Below the pieces are notes generated by a model. It was not told the DNA's origin and searched no databases. It saw only the letters and a program-made list of their open reading frames with translations. The position numbers and the translations under genes were made by a program. 64,000 nucleotides of DNA from NCBI RefSeq assembly GCF_009914755.1, contig NC_060929.1; one strand, given 5' to 3'. Positions 1 through 10,975 of the stretch are shown here, in pieces. Position 1 is the stretch's first letter. Every line of letters starts with the position of its first letter. This stretch comes from the human T2T-CHM13v2.0 reference genome, Homo sapiens.

Positions 1-174
1 AAGCAAATTAACAGTGCAAATAAGATTAGAGGGAGGTAAGGAGTATGTTTAAATGTTGAAATGCTTGAGGACAAACTGTGCTCAATCATCTTAAAACCAT
101 CCATTAATATGTAAGTAATTTAAAATTAATTGCAAATGCCTTTGCATTTAATTGCAGGCTATGCATTGTTGGAA

Positions 175-208
175 TGTGTGTGTGTGTGTGTGTGTGTATG
201 TCTGTGTA
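175..208. repeat. (TG)n microsatellite
   Basis: tgtgtgtg... run visible directly. Confidence 0.95.
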
Positions 209-1422
209 ATTGCTAATATATTTAGATTTCTAAAAGGTATATATATATTGTTAAAATAAGTAAATGACTGCTTTCCAACTGTTCTATGATTCACACATTT
301 ATATCACAAACATCCTCAACATACCAGTTTGTATCTATGGATTTGAATGAAATGGCATGACCACTACGGCCCGTATTTTGGAAACAGCAAGCCCCCGACT
401 GTTCTTACAGCACCTTGCAAGATCCCCCACATACATATGGAACTTCCCAAAGAGTAATTTTCATCCATCTGTGAGTCACCTTAGGGGCACTGCCTGTCAC
501 TGCCTCTGCTATCCAAGTTCGGCCCCAAAGGGCCTCTGCTGCCTGTCCCACCACGGCCCTGACCTCCAGCACCTGCCTTGGCCTCTGCTGTTTTGCAGCT
601 GCAGTCTCCTGCAGATTCTGTCTCCCTGAACCACATTCTTCCCTTTGACCTGGACCCCTTCCAAAGGGCGTCTTCCTGGCCCAGGTTCAGCTAATTCACT
701 CTGGCCAACAGCACTATCAGTCACCACAAGACCCTGACAGCCTCACAGTCTCGTGTAAATTAGAAAGGAAAATATTCACTGCTTCTATGTCACCTTCAGA
801 TGGGTATGTCCCACAGCATGGTTCCTTGGGCCTCAGATTATTACCAGGTTGATTGTAACACCTGTCAGTTCACACTCCCAGCCCCTATTCTTCAAGGAAT
901 GGAGAAATGCCACCAAGGCAGCAGGGATGTGAAGATTCCATATCCAGATACCATGCTGTGTGTTCCAGAAATACCAACTCCACTCCAAACAGCAGGCTGA
1001 CTCTGTGGCTGAGTCTGGCTGGCCAGGCCATATTTATCTTTTTAATTCCATATATTGAATTTTCCCTTCAGGAATCTACTCTTTCTCCCCTCTACCCATG
1101 GACCGCCCCCCCTCCCCCAACCACCTCAACCTTTCTAAACATGTTTGCACACATTTGAATCTCATTGAGGACATGGTTCAGGCAGGAACTTACCTCCAGT
1201 TTAATCCATTGCTGCCAGTAGATTTGGGAGTAGGAGTGGGGTGGGATGGGGGCAGAAAAGGGTGAGGTATTGATATTCAGCACTTTTCATGATCAAATAC
1301 AGATTTAGTAAACTAAGATTTTAGCCCAGTCAAGACACTAAAAATGAATTCATATAAGCATTTTCCTTAATCTACATCAGTGAGGAAACAAACTTCAGAA
1401 GTTCACTCATTTCTTCCCCTCA

Positions 1423-2195
1423 TCAACTTTTAAGTTCCAGGGTACATGTGCAGGATGTGTGGGTTTGTTAGAGGTAAATGAGTCCCATGGTGATTTGCCC
1501 CACAAATCAATCCATCGCTTAGGTATTAAGCCCAACATCCATTAGATATTTTTCCTGATGTTCTCCCTCCCCTTGCCCCAGTGTGTGTTGTTCCCCTTTT
1601 GTGTCCATGTGTTCTCATCGTTCAGCTCCCACTTATAAGTGAGAACATGTGGCATTTGGTTTTCTGTTCATGTGTTAGTTTGTTGGGGATAATGCCTTCC
1701 AGCTCCATCCATATCCCTGCAAAGGACATGATCTCATTCCTTTCTATGGCTGCATGGTATTCCATGGTGTATATGTACCACATTTTCTTTGTCCAATCTA
1801 TTGTTGATGGGCATTTGGGTTGATTCCATGTTTTTGCTATTGTGAATAGTGCTGCAATGAACATATGTGTGCATCTTTATAATAGAATGATTTATATTCC
1901 TTTGGGTATATACCAGTAATGGGATTGCTGAGTCAAATGGTATTTCTGCTTCTAGACCTTTGAGGAATCATCACACTGTCTTCCACAATGGTTGAACTAA
2001 TTTACACTCCCACCAACAGTGTAAAAGCATTCCTTTTTCTCTGCTACCTCACCAGCATTTGTTTCTTGACGTTTTAATAATTGCCATTCTGACTGGCGTG
2101 AGATGGTGTCTCCTTTTGGTTTTGATTTGCATTTCTCCAATGATCAGTGACGTTGAGCTTTTTTTTTTCATATGTTTGTTGGCTGTATGAATGTC
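1423..2195 (-). mobile_element. 5'-truncated L1PA element (older L1PA, roughly L1PA8-16): 3' UTR and ORF2 C-terminus
   Basis: ttaagttccagggtacatgtgcaggatgtg 3' UTR signature; ORF 1622-1864(-) [20 protein letters not shown] is the L1 ORF2 C-terminus; TSD ttcagaagttca(c/t)tc at 1394-1408 and 2197-2211. Confidence 0.95.
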
Positions 2196-2714
2196 ATTCA
2201 GAAGTTCATTCTACAGTACTCATAGACTTCTACACTAGGAGCATGAGAGAAAATCCAAGTGTATTGGGGTAACATTTTGAAAAATTAAGGTATATATTTT
2301 CCATTACATATAGAGATAATTTTTAAGTTGCAAATTAATGAAAAAGGACATTCATGTGAGGTTATTGTTCAGAATAATTTAAAAGACCAGAGAATGAATA
2401 ATACAGTACATTAAATAATACAACAACACATTCGTGTGGATCTTTTTAAAAGCTCTTTATTCCACATTTACTCCAATTTCCCAAATCTTGATTTAGACAG
2501 CATCCCAAGAGAGCTATGAAAAATAATTAGTAGTAGACTAGAACATTGTAATTTAAGTACCACCTTGTCCCACTAGCTCCAAGGAAAGCGTCTCTTGGAA
2601 TGTTTAGAGATCTAGGAAAAGAGTTGCCTAGACTTTGTCTTTGATACTTTGGTTTTGCCAGCTACTGTCTTGCCCTTAAGATTTATCTTCTTCTGTGGTT
2701 TCAACTAACATTCC

Positions 2715-2925
2715 TACAAAAATGATGCTCAAATCTGCCTCTTCAGCCTTGATCTCTGCTAAACCTTGGATATACAACTCTAGGCCACACCTGACAGTCC
2801 TTCCACCTTCATCTAGAGCTCAGTGACTGATACCATATTCACTCATTTCCTTCCCACCATATTCACTCATTTCCCTCCCCCAAACCAAGTCTGTCTCCAG
2901 ACTTGTCCATTTTCAATCAATCATT
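2715..2925 (+). mobile_element. L2 fragment
   Basis: atgatgctcaaatctgcctcttcagcc...ctcatttccctcccccaaacc resembles L2 3' region; highly diverged. Confidence 0.55.
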
Positions 2926-3674
2926 CTATTTTGTAATTTTAGTTACTGTAAGAAACTTAGTAAATATTTTTTCAAAGGACTGGGAGGCTTTCAAAAAGAG
3001 TTGTTTATTCCCTAGTACTGAGGTGGAAGTGTTTCTACCTCTCTTATTGCTCTTCTGAGGGAAGGAACAAGGCAGAATTATAAGCAGAAGATTATGATGG
3101 ATGTGGAAAAAAGCTTGAAGGAAGGCAGCTACTATCTGTTGGCTGAGATGGTGAGTGGGCAAGGACTCCAGCACCAGATGCCAATTTGAGGTGAGGCCAG
3201 CGGCCTAAAGCCACTGCTCCCACATTCCCAGCATCCCAGGGAGCAGGTTGCTGGGTATGGTACCTCTCCTGGATGTGGTACAGGGTCTCCACTCAGCATG
3301 GCCACATGAAGATGGGTACTAAGAATACAGTGATGTCACCAAGCACAGCTGTTGCAATGTCTGCCTTAGAGTTTTGATCACAGCCTGGCTTAGGTTTTGT
3401 ACTGTTACTGGCTGGGCCTGAGCACATTCTGTGCTTTCTGGCCTTTTCCACACCATGCTCTGCTTTCCCCACCCATTTACTCCACAGCTGCTGCTGCTGC
3501 TCATAGCCTATTCTCCATGGTCACTTTTCATGCCAATGTCAAGAGCAAGAATGTGGACTGACAGCTGATATTGACTGGTTCTTTGTCTTCTTGTTGAATT
3601 AAACATATTAGAGGGGAGTTGAACTATCCCAACTTTTCCTTTTACATTATTCTTCCAATTTCCAAATTTCCCTT

Positions 3675-3915
3675 AGTGGCTGAGAACAGAGACTCTCTAG
3701 CCAGGCTATCTGGGTTCAAATCCTGTCCCCACATTTTTATGAGCTATTTGGTGTTGGCCAAATTACTTAATTTCTCTGTGCCTCAGTTTCCTCATCTATT
3801 AAAAAGGGATAAATAGTTCTTATCTCAAGGGGTTATTGGGGGAATTAAATGATTTAATATATTTAAGGAACTTAGAATAGTGCCTAGCCTTTAACAAGTG
3901 CTAGCTATTACAGTT
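3675..3915 (+). mobile_element. MIR SINE
   Basis: core ctgggttcaaatcc...ttacttaatttctctgtgcctcagtttcctcatct...gaattaaatga. Confidence 0.92.
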
Positions 3916-4109
3916 TTTATTACAGAGAAGGTATTCACTTCACAGTAGTGATCCATACCACAATTGAAATGCTAGCCTTTCTAAGAGTTATAGCCTTATA
4001 TATATCTAAGGGAGATAGCCTTTCTATCTTCATTAATTTCTATCTTTCATTAATAAAAATAGGTGACATTATATAGCTAAATTGTAACATGTTACAATTG
4101 TAAGGCAGT

Positions 4110-4285
4110 ACACATTCACTATCTCACTAAATCCTGTGAAATAGACAAAATGGAGGCTTTTATTTTACCTAGTGTATAAGCTTTAATAACTTGTCTGAGA
4201 TCAGAGTTTATAAGTAGTTGAGTTAAAACTTATATTAAAGGCTTTTGACTCCAAATTCTGTACTCTACCTTATTAAGCTGCCTCA
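4110..4285 (-). mobile_element. MIR fragment
   Basis: taataacttgtctgagatcagag...tttgactccaaattctgtactct matches antisense MIR. Confidence 0.55.
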
Positions 4286-4504
4286 AATTTTTATTGATCT
4301 ATTCAATCAATATTTGTCGTGTGTGGACAGATCTGTGATGAAGGAATAGCTGCCAACAGCAAGACTAAAGGTGGACAAACTGACTTACAGCCATCTGCCC
4401 AAGAGTTGTATTCTTCATAGTATAACATTTAATTGGTAAGTTGAATAATCGATTGGATCAGCTCACTAGTTAAAAGAAACTTTTTAAAGAGAGTGACCTC
4501 CTAA

Positions 4505-4960
4505 ATCAGTCAGGGTTTGGTCAGAAAGTCAGAAAATTATTCTAGATGTTTTAGCAGGAAGGAATTTAATTCAGGGAATTATGTGCCTATTAGGAAACAC
4601 GTAATTATGTGCAGTTAGAAGGATTGGGGGAAGTATAAGTCTCAAAGAGCCTCTGCAGCCTTTGAGGAAATTATTAAATGCCTCTGGCAGTTCGAGAACA
4701 GGCAGATCATAGGAACTCACCTGGAAGCCACTGCAAACCTCACTTACATCTTCCACAAATCCACCTATTGCTGCCTGAAGGGGAGTCATGATGGCTTGTT
4801 CTCTTCTGCCATCTAAATCTCACATCAGTGCCTTTCATTGGATGAATGTGAACCAGAGCTCTGCTGGCAAAGATGTCTGGGAAATGTAGTTTCTCAGCAT
4901 CCGGTTATGTGAAACAAGGGAATAGGCTTAGAAGGACAAGGACGTTACTGAGTATTGATA
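4505..4960. mobile_element. old ERVL/MaLR-class LTR (subfamily uncertain)
   Basis: tcagtcagggtttggtcag...ggaatttaattcagggaatt start and tctgggaaatgtagttt motif typical of old LTRs. Confidence 0.5.
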
Positions 4961-5749
4961 AACACTAGTGCTTTTCCCATTGATTTGTAAAATGCCTAGT
5001 GATGGGGGCAATTCTCTTCCTCAAGTGCAGGAGGCTGAACCTCATTTAACCGAGACAGGTGTCACCATTAGCTAGTCCCATCACAGTAAAAGTCTGAAAA
5101 TTTTCCCTTTGCTGCTGTCTTAATGGCAATAAAACTGCCAGAAGGTATGGCTTTTACAATACTCTCCATATATTGGGCCCATATAAAGGAGAATGTTCCA
5201 GTTTCAGAAGATCTTGGGGACTTGGGTTGTCATTTGTGTTTCATGATAAATATGTAGGTGATTTGCAAGTAGTAGTCAGGGAAAAGCCCTCACATTGTTC
5301 ATGGCTCATGTGGCTCTTCAGCATTGGTGGTGGTTCATCTTCCCTTGAATGGCACACATATTTCACAGTCAGAAACAAGCACCTGATTCCCATGTAGTTC
5401 TTGTGAATCTCCCTCTCCGTGCTGACTCTTCTCCCTATATAGTGCTTCCCTCAGAACAATCTCCCAGTCTTTGGCTGCATGTGCCCCCAGTCCAACTCTC
5501 CTCCCTCTTCCCACCCACAGTCCAGTAAGCCTTTAGGGCTAAGGGCCTCCCTTTACCTTCTTTCTAATTCCAACCTAACACACCATTCAATTTCCTTTCA
5601 GTTCTCAAAGGCATTTCCTCTTGAGAAAACCTGATTCTAACAAATAAAAAAAGTTGGTTTTCAAAACAACTGTTCTGGTAAAGGCTGCAAGAGCTTACTT
5701 TGTAAGACCAAAACTGCACATTCAAATATTTTTCTTTAGAGATATTTCT

Positions 5750-7225
5750 AGAATCAGATCCACATATATACAGTTACTTGATGTATGAGAGGCACAATAA
5801 GAAAAGGATCTTTTTTATGTCATGTGGAAATAATTAGATAGCCATATAAAAAAATTAACCTTAACCCTGACCTCACATTATCCTTAAATATTAATTCAGG
5901 ATGGACAATAGCCTTGAATGTGAAATAAGTATTCTCAAAGAAAACATGGAAGAGTTATCTGTATAACCATGGGACAGGCAACAATTTTTAAAAATTGGGA
6001 CACAAAGAACCTGCCATAAAATATAAAGCTAATAATAAATTGGATTTCATTAAAATTAAGAACTTATGTTCATCAAAAGGCACAAGTAAAAAGGCAAGCT
6101 GCAGACTGGAAAAATATTTTTTTACAGTATATATGCTTATTGAAAGATCGACATTCATGATATATAAAGAACTCCTATGAATCAATAAGAATAAGAAAAC
6201 AATGAATATAAAGAGATATTCTTGGACAGGTACTGCATAAAACAATATATATAAATATATATATAAAATAAATATAAATATATATAAATATATAAAATAT
6301 ATATAAATATAAATATATAAATATATATCTCTATATATAAAAATATCTATATCTATATATAAATATATATATAGATATCTATATCTATATATAAATATAT
6401 ATATAGATATCTATATCTATATATAAATATATATATAGATATCTATATCTATCTATATATATATAAGGTTAAGTAACCATACGGAAATTGTTCAACATTA
6501 GTCACCAGGATAGTATAAATTAAAACCACAATGAAATACTATTATTACACACTTGCCAGGACACTACAATTTTAAAAAGATAGACAAAACCAATTTTTGG
6601 AAAGGTTGGGAGCAACTGAACGCTCACATTATCACTGGTGGGAGCAGAAAATAGTACAATCACTTTGGAAAACTGCTTGGAACATCTACTTGAACTAAAC
6701 ATACATTGTTTTCCTAGACTTATGCCGAAGAGATATAAAACATTTACATCCAACAAAAACATTCACAAAAATGCCCACAGAAGTTTTATTCTTAAGAGTC
6801 AGAAACTGGAAATAACTTAAATATCCATCAACAGTACAATGGATAAATAGTGACATATTTATACAATGAAATACTACACATCAATAAAAACATGAACTAC
6901 TGCTCCAAACAGATAAATCTAAAAGACATTACGTCGAATGAAAGAAACCAATAAAAAAAAAGTACATCCTGTAAGATTGTATTTATATGAAGTTCAGGAA
7001 CAGACAAGTTACTCTACAGTGATAGATGTTAGGATAGAAGTTACTCTCAAGAGTGGCTGGGTGTTGACTGGGAAGGGGCCAAGTGAGCCTTCTGGAGTTT
7101 GTGGGAATGTTTATATCTTGATCTGGGTGGTGGTTGTATGGGTATATACATTTGCAAAAATCCACTGAATCATGTGCTTGAGATTAGTGCACTCACTGTA
7201 GGCATGTCATACCTCAATTTAATAA
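5750..7225 (+). mobile_element. old L1M (L1ME-like) ORF2 end and 3' UTR, interrupted by AT-rich repeat
   Basis: degenerate ORF2 frames NKLDFIKIKNLCSSK and NSTITLENCL; 3' UTR ...tatcttgatctgggtggtggttg...tacctcaatttaataa. Confidence 0.88.
6244..6466. repeat. AT-rich tandem repeat with about 3 copies of a 32-bp unit aaatatatatatagatatctatatctatatat
   Basis: units at 6361, 6393 and 6425; almost pure A/T. Confidence 0.95.
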
Positions 7226-7479
7226 GAGGGCAAAAGAGCTGATTTGGGAAATTTAAAGAGAAATAAATTTTTGTCTCTTTTTTTCTAACAATTTAAATTT
7301 TTCTCCAAAGAATGCATATACCTCTGACTGATTTAGGAAAAGGGCCGCAAACAAGAGATTCTGGAAAGAAAAGAGCACATATTTGCTTTTTCTTGCTATA
7401 TATAGAGAGACATATGTATCAGGATAGGTGGTAGAAGGGCAAACAAAGAAAACACCACCCTAGCCAGGTTGCCCTGAAT

Positions 7480-7540
7480 GGCCCCAGTGTCTAGCATAGT
7501 GCTTTATGCACACAATAGCAAATAAACATTTGCTAATTAT
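7480..7540 (+). mobile_element. L2 3' end fragment
   Basis: ccccagtgtctagcatagtgc...aataaacatttgctaatt. Confidence 0.55.
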
Positions 7541-9342
7541 CCAACTGAGTGTTTATAAGCAGACTGAGTGTTTATAAGCCCCATTAAAGCCTAGGAAACA
7601 AGCACAATGGAGTCAAGGTGCACATATTTCACATGCTACCCTAGAATGGCCTTCTCTCCTTGATGCTGGGCTAGCCCACACTAGACCATGCTCCCCAAGC
7701 TTCCAGTTGGTCAGCATAGCCCTCCTTATGGAGAGGATGGGCTCACCTGATTGTTGCCTCTGGAGCCTGGGAAAGTCGCTTCAATGTCAACTTCCTGGCA
7801 TGCCTCCCACTGCTCCTCTGGCTTTGCTTGGTGGCCTCTGAGTAAACTAGACAGGCTACATCTGAACAATTCCATCATCAGCAGACATGCTTATCTCAGT
7901 CTAGCCATAGACTTAAAAGTACCTGCACTTTACATTTTGAAAAATCCATCCTGTGTCTACAGAAATGAACATCCCCTCCCATGAACTCCTAATAAATATC
8001 TGGAAGATCTCAAGAAGTGAACCTTGGCTGACCCACTTGTGCACATCTTTAAAATCCCTCCCTTCCGCACTTTCTGTGGAGCCAGGCGAAGGGTCTGAAA
8101 ACCCTTGAACACTTTTGTGAACTGTAAATTCAGGGAACTGTTAGTTTGGGGATTTGAGGAACAGATTTCAGGAAGTAGCAAGGAATAATCATGTTTGGGG
8201 TCATTTCATCATTGTCCATTCCCAAGGGTTTACATATGTTCTTTGTCTGTATCCCTACAGATCTGCATTTCCTGTTGGAAGGAAAGGAACCAAAGTCAGT
8301 ATTCAATTTGCAAATGACATTAATCAAAATTGTATTTTAAGTGACAGCTCTTGGTAATGTGGGGATAGCTCCAGCTCTCACAGAAGATCTATTTTGTCTG
8401 CTTGAATATGAGCATACAGCAATGCATGTCCTCTCTGCATAAAAAATCATCTCATAAATATATATTTCTTTCCCATATGGCACATCTTTTCAGGCCTCGT
8501 TATATGTGCATTCAGAGGAACAGCTAGCAGTAGCTGAGCTGTATGACCAAGTTCATTCTATTTTAAGAATCTAAGACTTTGACCTCAGCTCAGAGCCATA
8601 CTTTAAACAGATAGATTCTATGTCTTATGATGAAAAAATGGGAGTTCTTTACTTGATGAATTTATTTCATCATTTCTCTGGGATGGAGTAAATGAAGACA
8701 GTGATAATTAGAGAAAGTTTTTTTTTTTTTAATCTGTGTAGAATTCACAGAATCTGCAAGTTTGGGGTTACAGTGCAGAAGTCACAGACTCTGCAAGTTC
8801 TGAGTTATAGCTTAGAAGTAGAATCCTTTGGTGTTTGAACTTTTATTTTGGTCAAAATATGACTACAGGGGAAAAGGATTAGAACATTTTTTGAAAGACT
8901 TCCAAAAGCATCTTAGACATCAAAAGGGTTATATGAAACATTTTAATGATTTAATGTAAATGAACCAGAAATTGATATATTGTATTTCCTTTAGATATAC
9001 ACAGGGCTTAAAATTGAAGGGAAAATGCTTACATATATGGTTTCTGATTTTATTGAATCAAAAATGTTTCTAAGACTGATTCTATGCAGGATAGAATTAA
9101 AGCAGAGTAGCTTGCTTTTCCTAAGGAAATAGTAATTTGGTATATTTTTAACTCATGAGTTCTATATCATTCCATATCCACATTGTTTAAATATAAATCA
9201 TCTCTACTCATTGAAAATGCTTAGGCTACCATGGTAACAATACGTTTCATTTTCTTCACACTAAATAGCAACTTACAGCAAGTCTGAAAAAGACAGAGTG
9301 AAACGTGGGTGTCAGCAGAAATTACAAGGACATGTTAAGGTG

Positions 9343-9662
9343 GAGGTTGCAAGCTGGTGGCCCATGGGCTGAATCTATTCTATACTCATGTTTTATTTGG
9401 CCCATAGAGCATTTAAAATGTTCTTGAATTATTTACTAGCATTTAATATTCAGGTGATTTGATTAAGAAGATTCCTAGCTTTTTGAACAGTGGACAATCT
9501 GGTTACAGTAAACCAGATTGCTGCCTGGACCTGAGGTCAGGCTGCCTCTTCAGATGAACATGAACTCTCTGGTTCTGTAGTTTGCCACAGCCCCTCCTCA
9601 GTGGCTTCAGTTGGTTAACATCACCTGCCTGGTCCCTCTGGCCTTGGAGTGTGTGATCCATA
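9343..9662 (+). mobile_element. MER102-like hAT-Charlie DNA transposon
   Basis: gaggttgcaagctggtggcccatgggctgaatc...ttttatttggccca...tttgccacagcccc...acctgcctggtccctctggccttggagtgtgtgatcc follows recalled MER102 consensus. Confidence 0.75.
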
Positions 9663-10929
9663 CTGAAGAAGAGAAGTAGAATGCAATGCTCTCTGAAAAC
9701 TGCATCCTTCTTAAGAAAAATATAGAGCATTCCCTGCTCTATGCTCTTCAAATGAAAAATCAACTCCAGATTATTCAAAGTTTGAATAATCCTCAAATGC
9801 GAATTCTTTGCTTTGTACCTCCGCTCCATCCCAGATCTCCCAGCTTGTTCATAGACCCTTCATCAGAGGGGCAGAAGAATCTCAGGGAGCCACATCTCTG
9901 GCAAATATTTTAGTTATTGACACAGCTGCTGAAAAGAGCTGGCCCTTGAAAATAAAAATAAATTAAGGAATTGACTATTACAATTAATTCTTTAAGTTGT
10001 ATCCTCAGCCGCTGAGTATGGGAAGCTACATATTTCACTGAGCTATTTAATTATTGCCTGGAATCTTTGGTAGACATGAAACAGCAGTTAGTTCAGTTGG
10101 CCCAGGTTTTTGGTTAAAACTTTGTCCTGAGGAGGGCAAGATAATGAGATCAAGTATGGCATGGCCCAGTCACATATTAATGACCACAGAAAATACCCTA
10201 ATATCAAGCCAACTAACTTGCACAAGTAAATTGTTTATCACAAGGAAAGAGCATAAAAAATGTACCTGAATTATTAGGAAAACCCATCATCATGAGTAAA
10301 TGACTAAAAACATAGTTGTAAGCAGAAAGATGTCATCTTATTACAGGGTTATTTATACTTGCTTTATAACCTTGATTTGAATAAAATGGCCAAGGCTATG
10401 CAATATGTCCAGTTTTATAACTCATAAGACAGCCACTTATTACATCCTAGAATCAGCTCACAATATAGGAATCCTACAACCACAGAGTTAGGATTAAACA
10501 TGGCATTGGTTTTAGTAGAACTCAGTGCTAAAAACAAAATTTGATGTCCAGAGTTTGCCAGGATTTACCTTCCTGGCATGAACTAGAATCTGTGTTTGGT
10601 TACAAATTCCTTTCTAATTTAAACCGATGCAGACAAAACTCACTGTCACCACAACTATGCGAGGATAAAATTATCTATTCTACTTGTACTTATCTTTGAC
10701 CTTTCTTGGGTTCAAATCTTGCCACTATTTCTCCTCAAAAAATTCCCTATAATAGCCCCTTCCTCTCCATTGTGCCGAGCTCAGCTATGGGGCAGTCCTT
10801 GGTGTTCCTTCTCAATGACAGTCTTAGGGGCATGGCAAAGAGATTGGCATGGAAGTTAGTCTTTGAGAAGATCAGAAGTTGTGACTTGCTGTCATAGTTG
10901 AGGAGGACATCTATTTGCTTCCCATTCTA

Positions 10930-10975
10930 GGTTTATTCAACAAACATTTATTGACTATGTACTCCAGACCAGATA
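10930..10975 (-). mobile_element. L2 3' tail fragment
   Basis: tttattcaacaaacatttattgactatg. Confidence 0.55.

Noticed and set aside
1237-1263. G-quadruplex-like ggggtgggatgggggcagaaaaggg
   Set aside because: Fits the pattern but is isolated and common; no functional context visible
1581-1864. ORFs of 80 aa on both strands
   Set aside because: L1 ORF2 C-terminal remnant and its antisense; not a host gene
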